NCBI GenBank assembly: GCA_963781445.1
Contig: CAWAGS010000010.1
Location: 171,995 to 235,994, forward strand
DNA length: 64,000 bases
Direction of reading: 5' to 3'
From: an uncultured Actinomycetota bacterium
Lineage (GTDB): Bacteria > Actinomycetota > Actinomycetes > Propionibacteriales > Nocardioidaceae
Part shown: in pieces, positions 18,484 through 26,733 of the stretch
Numbering within the stretch: position 1 is the first letter of the stretch
Layout: each line of letters begins with the position of its first letter
Translations under genes and position numbers: made by a program
The notes under the pieces: model-generated
Databases searched by the model: none
Seen by the model: only the letters and a program-made list of their open reading frames with translations
Told to the model about the DNA's origin: nothing

Positions 18484-19827
18484 ATGCCGGCCTCCGTGAT
18501 GTGGTTCCGGCGCGACCTGCGGCTGGCCGACCACCCGTCCTTGGGCGCTGCTGTCGACGCCGGGCCCGGGGGCGTCGTCCCGCTGTTCGTGCTCGATCCG
18601 GCAGCCCCCGGACTCGGCGGACCGGCCCACCGAGCCCACCTCGCCGCGTCGCTCGCCGACCTGTCCGATCGCGTCGGCGGCATGCACGTCCGGCGTGGCG
18701 ACCCGGTCGACGTCGTGGCGCACGTGGCCCGTCGCGCCGGGGCGGACACCGTGCACATCACCGCCGATCACGAGCCCGACGCGGCGGCACGGGACGAAGC
18801 GGTCGAGGCAGCCCTGAACGAGCACGGCATCGCCCTCGTCCGCACCGGTTCGGCCTACGCCGTCAGCCCCGGCCGGGTGCGCACCGGCGCCGGCACCGGC
18901 TATCAGGTGTTCACGCCCTACTACCGCGCCTGGCGCGAGCACGGCTGGCGTGAGCCGGCCTCATCCGTGCGGGCTGTGCCGTGGCTCCACCCCGACGAGG
19001 GCGAAGCCCTCCCGAACGACGTCCCCCCGGAGGCGATGGTGTTGCCGGCAGCCGGCGAGGCGGCGGCCCGGCGACGCTGGCGCAGCTTCCTCGCCGCCGA
19101 CGTCGACGACTACCACGACACCCGCGACCGGCCCGGTGTCGACCGGACCTCACGGATGTCCGTCCACCTGCGCTGGGGCGAGGTCCACCCGCGCACCCTG
19201 CTGGCCGACCTCGGCCGCTCCGAGGGCGCCGAGGCCTACCGCCGCGAGCTGGCGTTCCGCGAGTTCTACGCCGACGTGCTGGTGCGCCGCCCTGACTCGG
19301 CGTGGGGCTACTACGACCCGCGATTCGCATCGATGCACTACGACGAGCCGGGTGCCGATCTCGACGCCTGGAAGGACGGCCGAACGGGCATCCCCATCGT
19401 GGACGCCGGCATGCGTCAGCTGCGTCGCGAGGGCTGGATGCACAACCGGGTCCGGATGATCGTCGCCAGCTTCCTCGTCAAGGACCTGCACCTGGAGTGG
19501 CACCACGGCGCCCGCCACTTCGCCGAGCACCTCGTCGACTTCGACCTCGCGTCGAACCAGCACGGATGGCAGTGGGTGGCCGGGTGCGGCACGGACGCCG
19601 CGCCGTACTTCCGGGTCTTCAACCCGATGACGCAAGGCAGGAAGTTCGACCCGAACGGCACGTACGTGCGTCGCTGGGTGCCTGAGCTGGCCGACGTCCC
19701 CACCCGGAACGTCCACGAGCCGTGGCTGATGGACGTTCCGCCCGGCAGGTACCCCGCTCCCCTGGTCGACCACGCCGAGGAGCGGAAGGAGGCCCTGCGC
19801 CGGTACGAGGCGCTCCGGCGGGCTTGA
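18484..19827 (+). CDS. Deoxyribodipyrimidine photolyase (cryptochrome/photolyase family)
   Basis: MWFRRDLRLADHPSL, TSRMSVHLRWGEV, WMHNRVRMIVASFLVKDL, NQHGWQWVAGCGTDAAPYFRVFNP. An alternative ATG lies at 18475. Confidence 0.9.
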   Translation: MPASVMWFRRDLRLADHPSLGAAVDAGPGGVVPLFVLDPAAPGLGGPAHRAHLAASLADLSDRVGGMHVRRGDPVDVVAHVARRAGADTVHITADHEPDAAARDEAVEAALNEHGIALVRTGSAYAVSPGRVRTGAGTGYQVFTPYYRAWREHGWREPASSVRAVPWLHPDEGEALPNDVPPEAMVLPAAGEAAARRRWRSFLAADVDDYHDTRDRPGVDRTSRMSVHLRWGEVHPRTLLADLGRSEGAEAYRRELAFREFYADVLVRRPDSAWGYYDPRFASMHYDEPGADLDAWKDGRTGIPIVDAGMRQLRREGWMHNRVRMIVASFLVKDLHLEWHHGARHFAEHLVDFDLASNQHGWQWVAGCGTDAAPYFRVFNPMTQGRKFDPNGTYVRRWVPELADVPTRNVHEPWLMDVPPGRYPAPLVDHAEERKEALRRYEALRRA

Positions 19828-19868
19828 GACTCTCCGCGGGTCAGACCGCCGCGTCGTAGGTTGGAGCC

Positions 19869-20606
19869 ATGGTGACGATCCGCGCGCAGTTCAACGGCCC
19901 GACCCACTCCGGCAACGGCGGGTACGTGTGCGGGATGTTGGCCGACGAGCTCGGCGACGGGCCCGTCACGAGCACGTTGCGCGAGCCCCCTCCGCTCGAC
20001 ACTCCCCTGACCTGGGAACGCGGCGGCGACGAGGTGCGGTTGATGACCGCGGGCGGAGCGATCATCGGCGCCGCCGTCGACGGGGATTTCCGGCGTGACC
20101 CGGTGCCGTGTCCCACGGCGACGGAAGCCGCCGACGGCCTGGCGGCCTACCCGGGCTTCCACCATCACCCCTTCGACCACTGCTTCACCTGCGGCACCCA
20201 GCGGGCCGAGGGGGACGGGCTCCGGCTGTTCACCGGCCCCGTCGGCGACTCGCGGACGGCGGGTCCCTGGAGCCCGCATCAGGCCTTCGCGGAGCCCGAC
20301 GGCACGATCGACGTCCCGACGTCATGGGCCGCGCTCGACTGCCCGGGCGGCTGGGCCGCCGACTTCAACGAGAACGTCGTCCTGCTGGGGCGGATGACCG
20401 CGCAGGTCTTCCGCCGACCCCGTGCCGGCGAGGACCTGTACGCGACCGGCCGCCTCGACGAGCGCGACGGCCGCAAGTTCCACACCTCCACCGCCCTCTA
20501 CACCCCTGACGGCGAGCTCCTCGGCCGCGCCGAGCAGACCTGGATCCTCCCCTCCTGCCCCCCCTGCCCGCGCGCCAGGTGCTGGTCGGTTTACCAGGTT
20601 AAGTAG
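19869..20606 (+). CDS. Hotdog-fold (thioesterase-like) protein with a non-native-looking C-terminus
   Basis: NGGYVCGMLA, HHHPFDHCFTCG and GRMTAQVFRRP...GRKFHTSTALY are hotdog/PaaI-like. The last roughly 19 codons and the TAG stop (20604-20606) lie in or next to the left arm of the repeat element. Confidence 0.55.
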   Translation: MVTIRAQFNGPTHSGNGGYVCGMLADELGDGPVTSTLREPPPLDTPLTWERGGDEVRLMTAGGAIIGAAVDGDFRRDPVPCPTATEAADGLAAYPGFHHHPFDHCFTCGTQRAEGDGLRLFTGPVGDSRTAGPWSPHQAFAEPDGTIDVPTSWAALDCPGGWAADFNENVVLLGRMTAQVFRRPRAGEDLYATGRLDERDGRKFHTSTALYTPDGELLGRAEQTWILPSCPPCPRARCWSVYQVK

Positions 20607-20803
20607 GCAAGTTGTCACATCTCAAGGCAAATTTGCCCAGTGGAGTGCAGGTTTGCCCGGGGACGTGGAGATGCAAGGGCAGACGACCCCCGTTGGACGT
20701 TGCGTCGGCTGGCGGCGGCGACTTCACCGAGCAAGCCTTCACATCTCAGGGCGAATTTGCCCAGTGGAGTGACAACTTGCCTACTTAACCTGGTAAACCG
20801 ACC
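20584..20803. repeat. Composite repeat element: perfect 35-bp terminal inverted repeats enclosing two 32-bp direct repeats (MITE/REP-like)
   Basis: Left arm GGTCGGTTTACCAGGTTAAGTAGGCAAGTTGTCAC (20584-20618) is the exact reverse complement of 20769-20803. The direct repeats cacatctcaRggcRaatttgcccagtggagtg lie at 20616-20647 and 20740-20771. Each contains the palindrome GGCAAATTTGCC or a near-copy of it. Confidence 0.85.
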
Positions 20804-20832
20804 CCCGGGCCGGACGTCAAGGCATCCGGACG

Positions 20833-22101
20833 TCAGGGGGTGGGGTCGCGGGAGTCGTAGGTGAGGAAGCGGCGCTGGAGGGTCAGGGCGAGGAGGACGC
20901 CGATGATGCAGGCGACGCCGCCGATCACCATCGCCGGCTCCTCGCCGGTCAGGGCGGCGAGGGAGCCGATGAGGAAGTCGCCGAGACGTGGACCTCCGGC
21001 GACGACGACGGTGAAGACGCCCTGCAGACGTCCCCGCAGCTCGTCGGGGGCAGCCTCCTGGAGCATGGTCGAGCGGTAGGCGGCGCTGATCATGTCGGCC
21101 GCGCCGGAACCGGCGAGGAATGCCACGACCAGCCAGAGCGCTCCCGGCACGCCGATGGCCCCGCCACCGGCCAGCGCCACTGACGCCCCGTACGCGACCA
21201 CGGCGATCGCGATGGCGACGCCGTGACGGTTGATGCGCGAGATCCACCCCGACACCGCGAACGCCACCAGCGAGCCGATCGCGGGCGCGGCCTGGAGCAG
21301 GCCGAGCGTGGACGCGGATCCGGCGAACACGGTGAGCGCAAGCGCCGGGAACAGGGCGCGAGGTTGGGCGAGCACCATCGCGCAGAGGTCGACGATGAAG
21401 GTCATCCGCAGGTTGGGCGCGTTCTTGAGAAACCGAAGCCCCTCGACCACCGACCGCAGGCCCGGCGCGCGACCGCCACCGTTGGCCGGTGGGATCGGCG
21501 GAAGCCGCACCAGCGCGTACAGGGCCGCGGTGAACGTCACCGCGTCGACCAGATAGGCCGCCTCGACGCCGTGCCAGCCGATGACGACTCCCCCGACCAG
21601 CGGGCCCACGGTGAACCCGAGGTTGAACGACGCCATGCCGAGGGCGTTCGCGGCCGGCAGCAGCTCGGCGGGGAGCAGCCGCGGCAACATGGCCGACCGG
21701 GCCGGGTTGTTGACCGCGAACAGGGCGGACTGCGCGGCGACGACGCCGTACAGCAGGCCGACCGAGTCCAGTCCGGCGAACGCCTGGACGACAAGGATCC
21801 CTGAGCACACCCAGAGCCCGACGGCCGACCAGAGCGCGACCAGGCGCCGGTCGAAGGCGTCGACGAGGGCACCACCGTAGAGGCCGCCGAGCACCAGGGG
21901 CAGGAGCCCGAACAACCCGACCAGTCCGACGGCGAAGGACGAGCGGGTGAGCACGTACACCTGGTACGCGATCGCGATGGTGCTCATCTGCTGGCCGAGC
22001 TGGGAGACGGTCTGCCCGAACCAGAGCCGCCGGTAGTCCGGGGACTCCCGCAGCGGCCGGATGTCGGTGAGCAGCTGACCCAGTGCCCCGCGCCTTCTCA
22101 C
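20833..22101 (-). CDS. MFS transporter (EntS/enterobactin-exporter-like)
   Basis: LRESPDYRRLWFGQTVSQLGQQMSTIAIAYQVY and 12 predicted hydrophobic segments. Confidence 0.85.
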   Translation of the reverse strand: MRRRGALGQLLTDIRPLRESPDYRRLWFGQTVSQLGQQMSTIAIAYQVYVLTRSSFAVGLVGLFGLLPLVLGGLYGGALVDAFDRRLVALWSAVGLWVCSGILVVQAFAGLDSVGLLYGVVAAQSALFAVNNPARSAMLPRLLPAELLPAANALGMASFNLGFTVGPLVGGVVIGWHGVEAAYLVDAVTFTAALYALVRLPPIPPANGGGRAPGLRSVVEGLRFLKNAPNLRMTFIVDLCAMVLAQPRALFPALALTVFAGSASTLGLLQAAPAIGSLVAFAVSGWISRINRHGVAIAIAVVAYGASVALAGGGAIGVPGALWLVVAFLAGSGAADMISAAYRSTMLQEAAPDELRGRLQGVFTVVVAGGPRLGDFLIGSLAALTGEEPAMVIGGVACIIGVLLALTLQRRFLTYDSRDPTP

Positions 22102-22129
22102 CGGTCGATCATGTCACCGCGCCGTCGGC

Positions 22130-22774
22130 CTACGGCTGGAGCCTTTCCCGGGACCAACCGTCGCCGTCGCGCGCGAAGCGAAGGCGATCGTGAACGCGAT
22201 CGGCGCGGCCCTGCCAGAACTCCATGGAGGCCAGGGCGATGCGGTACCCGCCCCAATGGTCGGGCCGCTCGACGCCCGGACCCTGGAGGGTCCTCGCCAC
22301 GTCGGCGACCCGCTCTTCGAGCGTCGCACGGTTTTGCACCGTGCGCGACTGCTGTGAGGCGACCGCGCCGACCTGGGCCCCCCGCGGGCGGGAGGCGAAG
22401 TACGCATCCGACTGCTCGGGCTCAACCCGCGTCACCGGACCTTCGATTCGCACTTGCCGTTGCAGTGGGTGCCACAGCATCACGGCCGCCGCCCGCGGGT
22501 TGACGAGAAGCTCGTCGCCCTTGCGCGACTCGTAGTTCGTGTAGAAGACCGCTCCGGTCTCGTCGAAGCCCTTCAGCAGCACGATGCGCACCGAAGGACG
22601 CCCGGACGCGTCCGCCGTGGCGAGCGCCATCGCGTTCGGTTCGTGCACTCCGGCCGCGATGGCGTCGTCGACCCACCGGCCGAACAACGCGACCGGGTCG
22701 TCGCCCGCGTCGGCTTCGTCGAGACCCTCCCTCGCGTACTCGGCCCGCAACGCCGCAAGATCAGGGGACTCCAT
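22130..22774 (-). CDS. pdxH: Pyridoxamine 5'-phosphate oxidase
   Basis: ATG at 22774. EPNAMALATADASGRPSVRIVLLKGFDETGAVFYTNYESRKG and WGGYRI...EFWQGRADRVHDRLRF. The rest of the 559-aa ORF is antisense to citrate synthase. Confidence 0.9.
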   Translation of the reverse strand: MESPDLAALRAEYAREGLDEADAGDDPVALFGRWVDDAIAAGVHEPNAMALATADASGRPSVRIVLLKGFDETGAVFYTNYESRKGDELLVNPRAAAVMLWHPLQRQVRIEGPVTRVEPEQSDAYFASRPRGAQVGAVASQQSRTVQNRATLEERVADVARTLQGPGVERPDHWGGYRIALASMEFWQGRADRVHDRLRFARDGDGWSRERLQP

Positions 22775-22810
22775 GCCGTCACCGTAATGGCCCAAGGCAC
22801 AATGCTGCGT

Positions 22811-23926
22811 ATGACTGAAGGCGTAGAGGTTCATCACGGGCTCGAGGGAGTCGTCGCGTTCGAGAGCGAGATCGCCGAGCCCGACAAGGAAGGATCCGCG
22901 CTTCGGTACCGCGGCGTCGACATCGACGACCTCGTCGGCCGTGTGCCGTTCGAGAAGATCTGGGGCCTGCTCGTCGACGGCTCCTACGAACCCGGCCTCG
23001 GCCCCGCCGAGCCGTTCCCGATCCCTGTCCACTCCGGCGACATCCGCGCCGACGTGCAGAGTGCCATCGCGCTCACGGCGCCGGCCTGGGGCCTCAGGCA
23101 GCTCTACGACATCGACGACGTCCAGGCCCGCGACGACCTCGCTCGCACCGCGGTGATGATCTTGTCGTACGTGGCCCAGGCGGCCCGCGGCGTGGGTCAG
23201 CCCATGGTGCCGCAGTCCGAGATCGACAAGTGCGACTCGATCATCGGGCGGATGCTGACCCGCTGGCGGGGCGAGGTCAACCCCGACCACGCCAAGGCCA
23301 TCGACGCGTACCTCGTGTCGGCCGCGGAGCACGGCATGAACGCCTCCACCTTCACCGCCCGCGTCATCGCCTCCACCGGCGCCGACGTCGCCGCCGCCCT
23401 GTCCGGAGCGGTCGGCGCCATGTCCGGTCCGCTCCACGGCGGCGCCCCGGCCCGTGTGCTCACGATGATCGAGGAGGTCGAGAAGTCCGGAGACGCCACG
23501 GCATACGTCAAGTCGTTGCTCGACTCCGGCCAGCGTCTGATGGGGTTCGGGCATCGGGTGTACCGCGCCGAGGATCCCCGCGCCCGCACGCTCCGCCGCA
23601 CCGCCCGCGAGCTCAACGCCCCGCGTGCCGAGGTCGCCGAGGCCCTCGAGCAGGCCGCCCTCAAGGAGCTGCGCGAGCGCCGACCCGATCGTGTGCTCGA
23701 GACGAACGTCGAGTTCTGGGCCGCCATCGTGCTCGACTACGCCGAGGTTCCTCCGCCGATGTTCACCGCGATGTTCACCTCCGCCCGCACCGCGGGCTGG
23801 AGCGCCCACATCCTGGAGCAGAAGCGCACCGGTCGCCTCATCCGCCCGTCCGCGATCTACACCGGTCCCAAGGAACGCCGCGCCGACGAGATCGAAGGCT
23901 GGGATCCGGCCTGGGGCAACGCCTGA
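22811..23926 (+). CDS. Citrate synthase (type I/CitA-like, about 371 aa)
   Basis: LEGVVAFESEIAEPD, LRYRGVDIDDL, AAEHGMNASTF, GPLHGGA and GFGHRVYRAEDPR. An alternative ATG lies at 22802. Confidence 0.9.
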   Translation: MTEGVEVHHGLEGVVAFESEIAEPDKEGSALRYRGVDIDDLVGRVPFEKIWGLLVDGSYEPGLGPAEPFPIPVHSGDIRADVQSAIALTAPAWGLRQLYDIDDVQARDDLARTAVMILSYVAQAARGVGQPMVPQSEIDKCDSIIGRMLTRWRGEVNPDHAKAIDAYLVSAAEHGMNASTFTARVIASTGADVAAALSGAVGAMSGPLHGGAPARVLTMIEEVEKSGDATAYVKSLLDSGQRLMGFGHRVYRAEDPRARTLRRTARELNAPRAEVAEALEQAALKELRERRPDRVLETNVEFWAAIVLDYAEVPPPMFTAMFTSARTAGWSAHILEQKRTGRLIRPSAIYTGPKERRADEIEGWDPAWGNA

Positions 23927-23962
23927 TCTGCGGGTTCACCACCGGGAACCTACGGTGGAAGC

Positions 23963-24787
23963 ATGACTGTTCCCAGGATCGAGCTGAACAACGGTGTCGC
24001 CATCCCGCAATTGGGGTTCGGCGTGTTCCAGGTGCCACCGGAGGACACCGAGAAGGTCGTCCGCGAGGCTCTTGACGTCGGGTACCGCCACATCGACACC
24101 GCCCGGATCTACAAGAACGAAGAGGGCGTCGGCGCGGCACTCGAAGCCTCCGATCTCGACCGTGACGACGTCTTTGTCACCACGAAGCTGTGGAACCACA
24201 GTCAAGGGACCGAGTCGGCGCTCTCGGCCTTCGACGCCAGCATGGGACGGCTCGGCCTCGACGTCCTCGACCTGTACCTGATCCACTGGCCGTGGCCCCA
24301 GCAGGACCTCTTCGTCGACACCTGGAAGGTGTTCGAGAAGCTCCTCGCCGACGGTCGGGTGCGGTCGATCGGGGTCTCGAACTTCCGCGTCGAGGACCTC
24401 CAGCGCCTGCTCGACCTCGGAGGGTCCGTTCCGGTGGTCAACCAGATCGAGCTGCATCCCTACCTGACGCAGGACACCCTGCGCGCCTTTCACGCCGAGC
24501 ACCAGATCGTCACCGAGGCGTGGAGCCCGCTCGCGCAGGGCGCCGTGCTCGACGACCCCGTCATCACCGACCTCGCGAAGGCCAAGGACGCCACCCCCGC
24601 CCAGGTCGTCATCGCCTGGCACCTGGCCATCGGCAACGTCGTCATCCCGAAGTCGGTGACCCCGGAGCGCATTGCGGAGAACTTCGCGGCCACCGAGGTC
24701 ACACTCGGCGAGGACGAGGTCGCGGCCATCACCGGGCTCGACCGGGATGGACGCGTCGGACCCGACCCCTTCGCCTTCCCCGGCTGA
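23963..24787 (+). CDS. Aldo/keto reductase (2,5-diketo-D-gluconate reductase-like)
   Basis: IPQLGFGVFQV, GYRHIDTARIYKNEEGVG, LDLYLIHWP and IGVSNF. Confidence 0.9.
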   Translation: MTVPRIELNNGVAIPQLGFGVFQVPPEDTEKVVREALDVGYRHIDTARIYKNEEGVGAALEASDLDRDDVFVTTKLWNHSQGTESALSAFDASMGRLGLDVLDLYLIHWPWPQQDLFVDTWKVFEKLLADGRVRSIGVSNFRVEDLQRLLDLGGSVPVVNQIELHPYLTQDTLRAFHAEHQIVTEAWSPLAQGAVLDDPVITDLAKAKDATPAQVVIAWHLAIGNVVIPKSVTPERIAENFAATEVTLGEDEVAAITGLDRDGRVGPDPFAFPG

Positions 24788-24798
24788 GTTCGGCCGGC

Positions 24799-25305
24799 CT
24801 ACACCTCGACTGCTCGAGGCGCCGCCGGAGTCATCGAGACCACCCAGGCCTCGTGAACCCCGAGGAACACGAGCACGCTGAGCAGCAGGCCCTCGACCTC
24901 GATCGGCGCCAGGGTGAGGCCGACGTCCGCGACGACCGTCGGGGTGCTTGCGACCAGGAGAACGAGGACGTAGAGCGGAACGCCGAGTGCGCCGAAGAGC
25001 AATGGTGCGATCCGGGCCGTGGTGGTTCGATGGATCTCCCGGGCCAGCATCGCGATGCCGACCGCTCCGGCTGCGCCCGCGGCGCCGAAGCCGGTACGCC
25101 ACACGGCGGCCTCCTGCGGCGCCACTTGGGCGAGCAGTGCCACCGTGGCGGGGATGACGAACTGCAGCGAGACGAGGTAGGCGGTGCGACGCGATGCCGC
25201 ATCGTGACCGACGAGGTCGGACCGGTCCTTCACCGCCACCCACCACAGGCCGAGCAGGGTGAAGTTGATCGCCGAGACCACGCCGTAGAACGCTGTCTGG
25301 TCCAT
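24799..25305 (-). CDS. Hypothetical integral membrane protein (168 aa)
   Basis: ATG at 25305. There are five hydrophobic segments (FYGVVSAINFTLLGLWWVAV ...). I recognise no family. Confidence 0.5.
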   Translation of the reverse strand: MDQTAFYGVVSAINFTLLGLWWVAVKDRSDLVGHDAASRRTAYLVSLQFVIPATVALLAQVAPQEAAVWRTGFGAAGAAGAVGIAMLAREIHRTTTARIAPLLFGALGVPLYVLVLLVASTPTVVADVGLTLAPIEVEGLLLSVLVFLGVHEAWVVSMTPAAPRAVEV

Positions 25306-25535
25306 AGGCACAGCGTAGGACCACCGGCGCGGGTCGTGACCGCCACACGATGTGGACAGGGGAAGAGCCCGGTCGTCCCCCCCGAGACGCCCGGGCCCTT
25401 CGGTCCCCCTGCACGCGCTTCGACCGTCCCCCCGAGATGGTCGCCTACGCGCTGGTCCAGACCAGACCATACCGCATCATCTAGTTCGATAGAACTATAT
25501 GGGCCTAGTTATTTTGTAGGACTCTCCCGGCGCCG

Positions 25536-26537
25536 TCAGTTGCGGGCCTCGTTGTAGACGCCTTGGATCACGCTGCCGAAGTACGGGCCGAACATCCTGT
25601 TGCTCATCGGACCGCCGTTGTACTTGAAGGAGTTCAACGAGTTCAACGTGCCGACGCCGGTGGCTTCGCTGTAGTTGATGAACCACGGTCCGCCCGACGA
25701 TCCGCCGGTCATGTTGCACACCATGCCCTGGTCGGCGCTGCCCCCGTATGTGTCGGCAGCCACGGTTCCGTTGCACCAGGCGAGGGACGAGCCGTCGTAG
25801 GGCGAAGCGGCCGGGTAGCCGAAGGCGTACATGGTGGCGTTGCGCGCGAGGTTGAAGCCCACACCCTGAGCGCCCACCTTGGCCGTGAGTGTCGAGCCGC
25901 CGGACGTGCCGACCACCGCGTACCCGATGTCGTAGTCGAGGTCGCCGGAGCTCGCCCACTGCGAGGAGGTGTAGAGCGTCGTGGCCGCGAACTGGCCGTA
26001 CGGAGCACTGCCGCTGGAATAGGCCGGAACGAAGGTGAAGTTCGAGGCGAACGAACCGGGGCCCTCGTTGAGGCAGTGTCCCGCCGTCTGCACGAGACTG
26101 TTGTTCGGAGCGACCGTGGAGCTTCCCGAGCACACGTAGTCGGTTCCGGCCAGCGTGAAGAAGACCTTGCCGGTGGTCTGCACGACCTTGCCGCCGCCGG
26201 TGTAGAGACCGCCGCCGAAGGCCTGCGGGACCGGCTTGCTCTTCTTGGCCTTCGCTGCTGTGCCCTCGTGCACGGTCGGTGAGCCCTTCGCGACCGTGCC
26301 GTTCGAGGCCACCTCGCTGCGATCACGGACCAGCAGACTGCCGTCCTTCGCGTTCTTCATGCGCGACGTGGTCCAGTGGTCCTTGGCCTTCTCCTGCGCA
26401 GCCTTGCTGATCGACTTGCTGACGGCCGGATCAGGCTTCTCAGCGGTCACAGGCGACGCGATCGCGTTGCCTGAGGACAGGGTCATGGCGAACGTCACGC
26501 CCAGCCCTGCTGCCGCGACGAGTGCTCGTCGGAACAT
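25536..26537 (-). CDS. Secreted trypsin-like (S1, glutamyl-endopeptidase-like) serine protease
   Basis: Signal peptide MFRRALVAAAGLGVTFAMTLSSGNAIA. Triad contexts are TAGHC, DYDIGY and GGSSGGPW. Confidence 0.8.
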   Translation of the reverse strand: MFRRALVAAAGLGVTFAMTLSSGNAIASPVTAEKPDPAVSKSISKAAQEKAKDHWTTSRMKNAKDGSLLVRDRSEVASNGTVAKGSPTVHEGTAAKAKKSKPVPQAFGGGLYTGGGKVVQTTGKVFFTLAGTDYVCSGSSTVAPNNSLVQTAGHCLNEGPGSFASNFTFVPAYSSGSAPYGQFAATTLYTSSQWASSGDLDYDIGYAVVGTSGGSTLTAKVGAQGVGFNLARNATMYAFGYPAASPYDGSSLAWCNGTVAADTYGGSADQGMVCNMTGGSSGGPWFINYSEATGVGTLNSLNSFKYNGGPMSNRMFGPYFGSVIQGVYNEARN

Positions 26538-26733
26538 GTGTGTCTCCCCCTTGGTTCGCCGACCTCAGTGGTCGAGCGGTTCTTCGGACCTTAGTCACGC
26601 TGAACTACCTCTGACTAGTCTTTTCGGACTATTCGCTCGTATTCGTGGCGGTGGTGCTGGCGGGCCAGTAATCTGCAGCCACCACTCCCGCTCTCGGGCA
26701 CCTAGGAGCGCCACCGTTGCGCTCGAGGAGAAC

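Noticed and set aside
22775-23809. Upstream 345 codons of the 559-aa minus ORF that ends as pdxH.
   Set aside because: This part is antisense to citrate synthase and compositionally biased. PdxH homology begins at the Met at 22774 (MESPDLAALRAEY).
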